From Reclinomonas americana ATCC 50394 (lineage: Eukaryota), in the NCBI GenBank assembly GCA_048213135.1, contig PS015054.1, positions 487,727-527,247 on the forward strand: 39,521 nucleotides of DNA. The letters are read 5' to 3'. Every line of letters starts with the position of its first letter. Within the stretch, counting starts at the first letter, position 1. Positions 13,403-23,797 of the stretch are shown in pieces. The notes under the pieces are model-generated. The model was given only the letters and a program-made list of their open reading frames with translations, did no database searches and was not told the DNA's origin. The position numbers and the translations under genes are program-made.

Positions 13403-14626
13403 TTACAATATCGTGCAGCAGCACTGCGAGTCATCTTGCTGCACGTAGTACACCTGCTGCTGCTGCCTGCCTGCCTGCGGTCCGTATGCATACGCGTAGC
13501 CGCCGCCACCGCCACCACCGGCCAGCAGCGGCACGTTGAGGTTGCCGCCTCCAGCCGGCATCCACTGCCGCGTGTCGCCCGCGGTGTAGTAGTACGCTGC
13601 TGCCGCCTGCTGCTGCTGCTGCTGCTGCTGGCCCATCATCATCATTCCGCCGCCACCGTATCCGCCGCCGCCGCCGCCACCACCACCAATGACCCCGCGA
13701 GTCAGCTGCCGCACGCCGGCGAACCGAAAGTCGGTGACCTGCTGCTGGTCGAGCGAGAAGAACCAGCGGTTGAAGGTGGCCAGGAGGATCTTGATGGTGT
13801 GGTCGGAGAAGGAGTACGAGAAGAAGCGGTCGCGCTGGATCATCTTGACGCGGTTGGCCTCCTCGCGGTAGTCGTCGGTGTTGTCGAAATTCAAAATCTG
13901 CCCATCCCACGCATCCAGGTACGCCATGTCCTCCTCGTCGTCGGTGCACTCGGCAAACGACACGTGAATCGTCGGGTCGCCATTCGTCAGCGAGTACAGC
14001 GTGCCAAAGAGCGCCTCCCGTCCCTCACTCGGCTCCCCGTCCGTAATCACCACAATCAGCAGCATGGTGCCGGGCTCCCTTCTCGGCGCCGACGCCGCCA
14101 CGCCCTTCACCGCTCGCGAAATGTGCGTATTCCCACTCGGCGGCCGCGCAAAGGCCGCCGCCAGACGCACATCCTGCACTGAGGTGACTTGCGGCACGGG
14201 TGCGCGATTCAAAAACGACACATTGACCGGGAAACCCGAGGTCGCCGTCGCCACCTCGATGATTTTCGCCACCAGCTTTTGCAGCTCGAGCCACCTCGTG
14301 GAGGTTTTCGGCACAAACGCGCCCACTCCGTCCTCCGCAATCACGTTCATCATGGAGGTGGAGTCGTCGCAAATGATCTCAATGTGCACGCGTGTGAGAA
14401 TGCGCAGTGCGTCGGCGACAAAGGGCGGCAGTTCCCAGCGTTCCACCAGTGAGTCATAGGCGCTCTGCTGGGCCGGCGGTTGTGGTTGAGGTGGAGGCGG
14501 AGGCGGGGGAGGCGGCTGTGGTTGCATCATAGCAGGTGCGGGCATTGCGGAGGGTGCGGCCGCGACGGAGGTGGGTGGTGGCGCCAGAAGAGGAGCGGAG
14601 GGTGCGTAGGGTGAGTAGGGGTCCAT
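13403..14626 (-). CDS. Intronless von Willebrand factor A domain protein with Pro-rich N-terminus, Gly/Tyr/Gln tail and C-terminal CaaX box
   Basis: MIDAS-like IICDDSTSM, FLNR, GNT and VVITDGEP; ends QCCCTIL-stop. Start MDPYSPY at 14626. Confidence 0.88.
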   Translation of the reverse strand: MDPYSPYAPSAPLLAPPPTSVAAAPSAMPAPAMMQPQPPPPPPPPPQPQPPAQQSAYDSLVERWELPPFVADALRILTRVHIEIICDDSTSMMNVIAEDGVGAFVPKTSTRWLELQKLVAKIIEVATATSGFPVNVSFLNRAPVPQVTSVQDVRLAAAFARPPSGNTHISRAVKGVAASAPRREPGTMLLIVVITDGEPSEGREALFGTLYSLTNGDPTIHVSFAECTDDEEDMAYLDAWDGQILNFDNTDDYREEANRVKMIQRDRFFSYSFSDHTIKILLATFNRWFFSLDQQQVTDFRFAGVRQLTRGVIGGGGGGGGGYGGGGMMMMGQQQQQQQQAAAAYYYTAGDTRQWMPAGGGNLNVPLLAGGGGGGGYAYAYGPQAGRQQQQVYYVQQDDSQCCCTIL

Positions 14627-14806
14627 GGATGGCGGGGAGGAGGGACGGAATGGAAAGGAAATGTGTGGGACAGCATGCATATACATATCCGATTGTTGAC
14701 TTCGCCATCCTGTCGTGCGCCCTCTTGCAGTGCATGCACACATCTCAGTGATTTGCTGAAATCACTTCGCGACGTGTCTTTTCTCCGCCTGTCACTTCAC
14801 TTATCC

Positions 14807-17800
14807 TCACACCATTCCCAGATCCTCGAAATCCTCATCGTCGTCGCCGTCCTCGTCGACCTCACGCAGCGGCAATCCACTCGGTCGCACCAACGACAAT
14901 CGTCCACTGCTGCGCCCGCTACTCTGCGCACGCGCGCTGGGTGCGGCCGACGATCGCCCACCGTAGCTTCCGCTACTCGTTCGACTGTGCGTCACCGATG
15001 CCTGGCGACCGCTCCCACTCGCACTACCACTGCCACCACTGCCACTGCGTCCCGACAACTTGCAGGTGGCGTTGGTGGCGGCGTTGTTCTCCTGCTCCAT
15101 CTCGCCAAGACCAATATTAACGGCGGCGACGGCAGCCTCAAGACTCAACAGCTCGGCCGACGGCGAGCGGCGCAACACGGGCCCGGCACTTGCCGACCGA
15201 TGGAAGCGCGGGCGAGGTGGCACGCGGTCCGCAAAGCGAGCATGCAGCCGGTACTGCTCCAGCTGGAACTGCAGCTCCTGGTAGTCGGCGCGCATCTTCT
15301 CCTGGTACGGCACTCCGTTGTAGGAGAGGACGCAGCCGAGGTCAATGAACATGGCCTTGGCGCACTCGGTGCAGCTCTGTGTCGACGTGCGCAGTACCAA
15401 GAGCAGCTTGTGTCGCTTGGTCTCCTCCTCCAAGCGCGCATTGCCCTTGCCGCCCTTGCGGAGCCGCCTGCATGTCACAGTTCAGTGCGCGAGCGGAGAG
15501 ACACGGATGTAGCAGATGACACATACCGTGGATCCATGATCATCAACTCGAAACTCTCGAGCATGCGCAGCGCCTTTTCTCTTGCCAGCACCATCTCTGT
15601 GGCCTCGCTCCAGTAGATGAAAGCGCGCTCAATCGCCACCATATCTTGTCGTCCACGCACTGCTTCGCGATGCGCCGCGCGCTCCTTGTCCGGCATCAAC
15701 AACATTTCCCACATGTCCTCCAGGCGCTGGCAGTACTGATCAAAGGCCTGTCGATCAAACGGTCGCTCACGCATCTGTGCGATGCGGAGCAGTCGTCGCG
15801 AGACCACACTGCTGGCCGTGGATCCCGACGTTGCCGCTGCTGCTTTGACGACCTTGGAAGTGGCGGCCGCCAGCAACATGCGACCCGCTGCGCCACGGTA
15901 TTGAGAAATGAGACAACAAAGGGCGCGAGGACAGACACAAAAGAGTGAACGCACGATCCGCGGCATTGGCTATGACGCTGTGCTTGTCGTCGAGTGCACG
16001 AGCAGCGCTTCCGGCCTTCTGCACAAGAGCATCCACTTTGGAGGGATCACGAGCCGAAGACTCCGCGGACGGCGGCTTCACCGCCGCACGCCGCATACGG
16101 TCGATTCGCGCATCCAGCTCCTCCAGCGACAGGTATTCCACTGTCGAAAAATTGGCAAGTGAGAAGAAGTGAAAGCCGCCTGCACAGCGAAGAAAAAGGC
16201 GCAACATCGCGGTGTGGCAAACACCGATGTGGAGGTGCTCTCCGAGCCGAAATCATCACCCAGACCCTGCTTCAACAGGCGCATGCGCACGGCTTCCAGC
16301 AGTGCGCGCCGACCGTAGTACTTGCTGTTGTAGGCAACACCCTCGTCTATTATCAAATGAGTAGGAATTAGCAGCCGAGACACACAGTCACGGACAGGAA
16401 AGCAAAGCGACGACGCACTGTCACCCTCGGCGTACACCCATTCGCCGTACAGCAAGTGGCACATGAACTGCTGTGCACGTGAGAGGTTGCCGCGGTTGGG
16501 CATCGCGTCGCCGCGCGCATTCATGGATCGATACATGCGCAGTGAATCTGCCGACACGTGAATGAGGAAAACGCACCGTGGAGGCGTCCGAAATCGCTGC
16601 CACTCACCAGGTTCGTCGTTCTGAGTCTGCATGTAGTGCCCAACCAACACCATGCCCTGCACAAAAGAGTCGCTCAGCATGAAGGAAGCACATGCAGAGA
16701 TGCAATGGTCGCTCTGCTCACCTGTCGGTGCATGGTGATGACCTTGGTGAGCGCTCGCTGTACCGACGCACAGGTCATTTGGTACCGCGCGCGTGTATCC
16801 TCATCCAGGAACGCAATGTAGCACTGAATGACTGCATACAAGTCGTCCAACTCCGACAGCTCATCCTGCGGCATCTCGATCGTCAGTCACACAACCACCG
16901 CTCATCGCCCTTCTCCTCCAACTCACCATCACCAAATCGCTCTCCAACTGTACGCGCAGTCGTTCCACCACCGCATTGTATTCGCACAGAGCACGCAAAT
17001 GGACGGGCAGCGCCGAGTTGAACAGGTTGCGCATACGCAAATCCATCATCAGCAGCAACTCGGCACCCTTGGCCCATGTCCTGCATAACACAACAGCCTC
17101 GGTGAGACGGAAGCTGACTCTCTCTCTCTCTCTCTCTCCCTCCCTCTTCACGCACACACCTCTTGAGTGTGGTTGTGCGGGCACGGCGAAAATCAACATT
17201 GGCCAGGGTGTGCAGCAAGGCGTGCCGATATGTGCGATCTTCCGGATTGGAGAGGGGCTGTGGCCGAGACACAGAGGCGCTGAGTTTCGGAAAGGGGCAA
17301 CTACGTACAGCAGCGACGGTGACGCACACTGCCTGGTCGGAGCTGCCTGTCGTGTGTCGCTTGGTCGTCGCGATTCTCCCAGTCGTCGTCGTCGGACGGC
17401 AGAGTCTGCCGGCTGTTCCACGAGGACATGCCAATCGACACTTCAGAGATATTGCGCGCGTGCCCTGCGAGTCGCACACACCATGAGAATTCGTATGATC
17501 CCCAGCCACAAACACGAAACGCAAGACGCACCTGAACCGCGCATCGGGCCCGACGTCTGAGACATGAAGCTGACATCTGTGACGAAGATGTGAGCCGACA
17601 GCACGGCAAACAGTAAGCAGCGCACACTCAAGACGAACCGCCTGGTACGAGAGACGAACTCCGCGAGTGGAAACCACCTGTTCACATATGATGAGTGCCG
17701 TCCAGCGAGCTGTGTCTTTCTCTCTCGGGCCACTCACCACTGGCGCCGAGAACGGAGGGAGATCGTGCATGAATGTTGGAGAGATCTGGCGGCACGAGCG

Positions 17801-20404
17801 ACGGACTCCTCGAGTGGCCACCTGTGTGTCGCGCACGAGGGTGGGTCTCACAGACACAAGCCAGTGAGTGGTCGCGTAACTCACCTGCCAGCGACTGTAC
17901 ACGCGAGTGCCCTGAAGATGCTGCTGCTGGTGGTCCTGCAGCAGCAGTGTGAGTCAACTGCACTCAGCTGTCGATTCTGGTGCGCCAACACACACCATCG
18001 GCAGGGACAAACGACGATGACCGCGAATGACCTGCATTCAGAAAATGTGTGAGCCAGTGTGAAACCGCGGTCGTGATCTTGCTTCGCCTAACGTACCAGT
18101 TGGCACACTCGACTGCGTGCGGGAATGCATGCCTGCAAGTACAAGGCTGCGTCAATAACCACGCCTGGTGACACATGAGACAACTAGAAAACAACAGACC
18201 TGAGACGGGCGACCCACCTGCAACACCGACGCAGAGGTTCTGTGAGATTCAACAGCTATACGATGGGGGGGAAGCACGCACGACGTCTCACGCACCAGTG
18301 GCCGCAGTGGACGAGGGAGCACGGGGTGTCTCATCCTCGGGTGGTCGCAGCAGAGTTTGTGCGAGGTACACCACAAGCTGCTCCAACGATCGCTCCTGGA
18401 TGTCGGGTGGGTCGTCGGGAGTGATGACGGCTGATACGCACTCGTCAGGCACACAGGAATATGCACACCCTTGACCAGGTTCACACAGGCACACGCAACG
18501 AAAACCAACTTCCGGATCCAACAGTGGCAGAGAACTTTGACGCGGCAGTGGAACACTGGGGCGGTCGCCTTGCAGTGGTGGCGGCGAGGCCAGTGGTCCC
18601 AGAATCGCTTGGTGCATGGACGACGTGACGGTATTTGCTGGATGCAAATGCGACGTATCCAGGTGTGACTCGGTCGCCGCTTGCTCGACCAGCGACGGCG
18701 AGCGAATGAAATCCGTGGAAAACACGGCCACCGGCTTCCCCGTGCGTGGTGCATACTTGGCCTGGCCAATCATGGAGGCTGGAAGTCCGGAAGCGGCTTC
18801 CGCCTGCTGGATTCGATCGATGTCGCTACATGGCACGGCGGAGGTGAGAGTTGAGACCACGAGGGAATGACACGCGCTCATCGTATGCGAAGAACTCACC
18901 GAGTCGCCTCAGCCATGACACTCTTTTCGAGGGCGGTCGACAGGCGTCCTACGGGCTGCGGTGGCGGTGGTACCGACTGTGACCTGTTGGTTGCAGTGCC
19001 GTTGACAGAGATTGCAGAGTGTAGTTTTTGTCGCACGCGAGAGACTGCGCCGCTGTTGTCTGCGGGCGTCCAGCTGGCGGCGGTGGTCGTCGTCGTGGCG
19101 GTCGTGGCAGTGGTGGTGTTCGACCTTGACAGGTCGAACGACACTGTGTGGTGCTGCTGCTGTTGCACCTCAGCAGGCACGCGACGGGGTGGAATCATGG
19201 CGGCAACCACTTTGCGCATCACACCATTGTACGCGGCACCGTCTGGCGAATCGGTCACCAGCGACAGCGGCGGCGACGGCGGCGATCCCACGCTGCTGTT
19301 GCTCCCCATGCCTCCCAGCGGCGGCGACGACGGCGGAGAGGTGGCCAGGAGCGGTGGCGAGCTCGGTGGCGACGAGTATGCCGGAGTCGACGCGCCTGTC
19401 GAATCCCCTGCACCAGATGCCGCTGCCGCTGCCGCAGCTGCCGCCGCCGCCGCCTGTCGCTGTGCATTTGTCGGCGACTTGCGCGTACCGATAATGTACT
19501 GGTGCAGCTGTGTGCCGAGAACCGATGTCGGCGACGTGACTCCTGGCCCGGCTGCCACGGCCGTCGAGGCGGCATGCTTGATCTGTCGCGCCTTCTCCAG
19601 CGCCTCCGGACTCTCCTTCGAACCGATCGCAGTGATCATATCGCTGATGGACTCGCTGAGGCGGCGCGTAAACGTCGAGCGCTGACGACGGCGACCTTTC
19701 TTGGTGGCGCTGCCACCCGCAGCTGCCGATGACGACGTGGGCGTGCTGGGTCGGTGCGACAGACTGCGCGTGGGCGACGGCGAGGAACCGGTGGGCGAGT
19801 CGGGCGAGTGGCGGTTCGAGTTCTCGAGCTGCGCGCGCTGCAACGCGGCGGCACCCTTCTCGCGGTACTCCATCGTCATGTCGCGCTCCACGTCGCGGCT
19901 GGTGAGACTGCGGGGAGAGCGGAGGAGAGTGAATATCGAAGACCGTTTCGTTCTGATTGTCGTGCGTTGCGCGCGCGCAACTAGGAGTACATGGCAGTGT
20001 CGGCCTTTGCTCTCGCGCGAATGCGGTTGGCCGCGGGCGAGATCATGCCACGCGAATTCCATCCTGATCATCATAAAGACAAGTGTCACATCGGCCTCTC
20101 AGAGCAATGCACGGAGAATGTGAGGGCGAGGGAGCGAGAGGCGCGCAACTGGAGCACAGCTTCTCGCTGAGTCGCACGAGCTCCTCGCGCTTGCCCTCGA
20201 TTTCCATCTCCACGCACTCTTGCACGATCCGTTTGTCGACCGCTGACAGCGGCTGGAGAATGGCAAACCGCTCATGCGTGAGTGAGTGAGAGAGGCGCGC
20301 GCGCACGCACACGCACACGAGTGCGTGTGAGAGAGTGGCAACGCAACGACATTGAGAGGCACTTTGAGAGGCCCATTGCGTTTCACGGGTTGCGCCTTCT
20401 CCAT
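14807..20404 (-). CDS. CCDC87: CCDC87-like coiled-coil protein, about 20 introns
   Basis: C-terminal domain QRLEDMWEMLLMPD...WSEATEMVLAREKALRMLESFE...DPRR...LEEETKR...GCVLSYNGVPYQEKMRADYQELQFQLEQYR matches my recollection of the CCDC87 C-terminus (QRLERIWSVLEVPD...RE.LL..LE.FE...GRPYLDKMKRD..EML..L.Q). Exons splice in frame from MEKAQP at 20404. Confidence 0.75.
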
Positions 20405-21959
20405 CGAAAACAACGACAATCAATGGTGTGACGCACACATCGAGTTTGTCCGATCGATATCGAGCAGCTTGCGACGTCGCCAAAGCAGCTGTGCTGGTGG
20501 TTGTCGCGCACCACCACCTGCTTCGCGGCCTTTTTTTACGCCATATAGAGCAGCTGCGCCGCCCCACACGGAGGCGGATCTGATTTTGCAATTGATATTG
20601 GGAGCTCGAGCCCAGATAGGCCTTTTGTAGTGCGTTGGAGAACCGTAAGATCAAGCCGCGAATCAGCATAACGAGACGACGACAGATGGCCTTTCCAACG
20701 TTCTGGGCAGGAAGCAAAACAGGCCTGCCCGCTGAGATCCCATTTGCATCGCCTCGCGAGAAGAGAGCGAAAAGCGCCACGGGGCATCAGCAGCTGGCAG
20801 TGACAGACACTTCTCAGTATCGGTGGCGCCGCCGACATCAACGGGCAGGCGACGCCACTCACAACAGTTATCCGCCCTCCTATCGCAGCACCTCGAAAAC
20901 AACTGCAATCGATTTCTCGCAAAGCGGTTCGCAAACGCGTCTGGTGAAAGATGGCGCAGGCTACGAATACACAGATACAAGCAACTGATCGCACTATCAA
21001 CACGCTGAACGCCGAGAACCAAACTCCATTGTGGTGACAAAGCACACAGTCACTGCACCTCTCATCACACGCCGGCGTCAGAATCAGACACGCTTTCGCA
21101 CCCACGCACATCTGGCACAGAAGCAGCATGCGCAGTAGACGAAGCGTCAAAGCTGACGCCACTCCCGCGTCTCGTCATGCCACGACAAAAAGCTCTGCGA
21201 ATCTCTCGCTGCCGAACCAGCGACACATCGTCGTCGCTGGAGTACGACAAATCCGTCGATAGCTCACAATCACCAGTCACCGTGGTGGTGTGGAGTACGC
21301 GGGACGGATTATCATCCTTTGCTTCGTGGAGCGAGTGAACGACGGCGGCAACTGAGGCAGAAGAAAGAGTGTCAGCAAACAATGGCAAAGACGCGTACTG
21401 TCTACAGTACGTTTCTCTCCTTCTCGCTCTCTCACACACATTCTCCATGGCTCTCCTTTTCTCGCACTCCTCTCTCGCCATCTTCTCGCACAATTCGCCT
21501 CAGTCTGTGTGTGTGTGTCACGCACTCTTATCTCGCACTCTCTACTCTCTCTACCCCAAACTCGCTCGCGGACCTCCCACGCAGAGACGAAGGTACTGGT
21601 GATAATAGAAGTTGGCATCGAAGACGTCCTCCGCCTTGCACGCTTGCTGCGATGGGAAAGGAGCTGAGACGTGGTGGCAGTCCCTCAAAACGAGCAACGA
21701 AGCTCACCTCGACGGCCTCGCCGATGAAAATGTCAGTTTTCACCAAGCCTTCGTCGACCATGCGTGAGATGTCGGCGAGGGCGTACATCTGATGTTGCAA
21801 AGATGATACAAGCGCCAATGTTGATGGAAGCAGCGATATTTCGGATCTTTGACACAAGACGACAGGACGATGATCGCAACGTTGGACAAGCGCCAGTGCC
21901 TCCCGGAGCTCGATAAAGAGACCATCTATTGTCAGCAGCAGGGCATCTACTTGCAGTCG

Positions 21960-22740
21960 GCAACGGGAACTGCAGCTGCTTCAGGAGTTGTCTGCCAACT
22001 TCGAAGAAAGACACCAAGTGCATGCGCACGTGTCGAGCGTTGAGCGGTTTCAGTAGGTCGTCTGCACGTGTAGTGCAAGCAGCAGGAACTGCAGGAAAGA
22101 CAGAGAGTCGAGAAGATGACAGGCAAATCCCACCCGGAATAAGAAAGACACGGTGGTAACGACTGACAAGCTCTGGCCAATAGTCGTTGGAGCTGAAAGC
22201 ACAAAGTGGCGAAGGCAAGAGCAGCTTCGAAATGCTGTCGATCTTGAGAGTGTATGTAAACCCCAGGATCAACAAAGCAGAAGCGGAAGAGACAGAAAGA
22301 CAAGAAACTACAAAATGGTGGAGACAGACGCTGAAACAGCAGCAGGAAGTCGACTCCACGGTAGCGCAAGCACCGGGAACCCGAAGAAACAAGACACACA
22401 TCGCTGCGGTGGAGGCAAGTGCAGCTGCGAATGGCTGCCGATCGTGAGTGTGATCTCTCACACCAGGAACGAGAGAGCAGAAGCGGTGGAGACAGAAGCA
22501 CAGAGCAAGCACCTGGACCCGAGAAAAGCGACACAGCGTGGAGGTAAGCACTGAGCAGCTTCAAAGGATGAATCCCAGGAACAAGAAAGCACATAGCGAT
22601 GAAGACAGCGGCTCCACGAAGTCGTCCGCAGGTGCAGCGCAAGCACGAGAACCCAAAGAAGAAAGACACAGGCTGAGCCAAGTGTGGAAACACCTTCAAG
22701 ACGCAAAGAAGCAAGCGTTGAGAGAACCACACGCTTGACC
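21960..22740. repeat. Diverged cryptic tandem repeat, purine-rich on the + strand
   Basis: Related units gtcg.c..ca.g..(t/c)ag(t/c)gcaagca...gaac....(a)gaaagaca near 22056, 22347 and 22619; caggaac.ag.aagcaga.gcgg-like units near 22262, 22463 and 22575; gagcagcttc at 22219 and 22554. No long credible ORF. Confidence 0.6.
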
Positions 22741-22746
22741 TCATAC

Positions 22747-23379
22747 TTACTCATACACTCCCTTCTCTCTCCCTCTCCCACTCTCTCGATCTTTGCGAAT
22801 GGAGAACGCGCGAAACGTGACGGCGGCAATCTCCCGCTGCTCGCTAATCACACACTCATCGATGCGCGACTTGGGTGAGCCCTTGGTGCGCAACCACGTG
22901 GCAAACTGTTGCATCTGTGCGGCCTCGCCCTGTGCTTCGCCCTCCACACTGCCACTGCTCGTGTTGCGCACCCATCCCACGAGGCCCAACTGTGAGAGAG
23001 AGAGAGAGTGAGTGTGTGTGTGTGTGAGAGAGAGAGAGAGATCAGCAGCAGCAGCAGCAGCAGATTACGTCGTTAGGAGACCTTTTCTGCGGTCTTGTGA
23101 GTGTGTTTGCGGAAGAAGACACCTGTGGGAGCGATCAGTGAGAGTGAGTGACGCAACAAGCCTTTCTTCGAGCTCACCTTGCACCTTGCCAAACACCTCA
23201 TACCGGAAGTGCTGCAGAGTCGACGCTGATCCACTGGCCATGACCACCACCACAGTTGCCACTGTCACCACCAGGAGGAGGAGGAGAACGCGAGAGAGTG
23301 GTGTCGTCTTTGGAAGGGATTTGAAGATCGATTTGTCCCGCGCGTTGCAGTTGTCTGAGACGTCGCCTGCAGCTTCCAT
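22747..23379 (-). CDS. ACYP: Acylphosphatase, 3 exons
   Basis: Spliced YEVFGKVQG|VFFRKHTHKTAEK|LGLVGWVRNTSSGSVEGEAQG...GSPKSRID...FSI carries the signature GxVQGVxFR and GWVRN motifs. Start is either 23241 (MASG) or 23379 (MEAAG). Confidence 0.93.
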
Positions 23380-23797
23380 CGCCACCAAGGCTAAGACTAG
23401 AATGGCATAGACTTAGGGGTGCTGTTGGCTGCAAGCTGTGTCGTCGACATGGTTTAGATATTTTCGATATCAATGTTCGGATTCGAATTCATCGCGACAT
23501 GCATGTTGTACACGAGCTTCTGATGCAGAGAACGACATAGTCCCTGCCGCTGCTTGTTTTCGGTGTGTAGTACGACTCGCCAAGGCCTCTGCACGAGCTC
23601 GAGAGCGACAATATCGAACACCAATGCAAATGAGCCAGTTTTGGCTCCGACGTCGCCTACGCATGGCCACAGCAACCAAGCAAACCGACAGCCGGCTCCA
23701 TCTAGCCTCTCGCTAATCGGCGTCCTGGCTACCACCCTCGCACGTGGAGACAGTGATCCACAAACGTCAGAGGACAAGATCGTGATTGTGTTATTGC

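Noticed and set aside
17577-17641. Possible GC-AG intron (CCAG|gcggtt) in the mini-exon array
   Set aside because: An in-phase canonical G|gttcgt donor lies 3 nt further on.
21065-21493. 142-aa - strand ORF (MCEKMAREE...) and neighbouring 20043-21162 ORFs
   Set aside because: They are partly built from GA/CT microsatellite-like sequence and have no recognisable domain or splice support.
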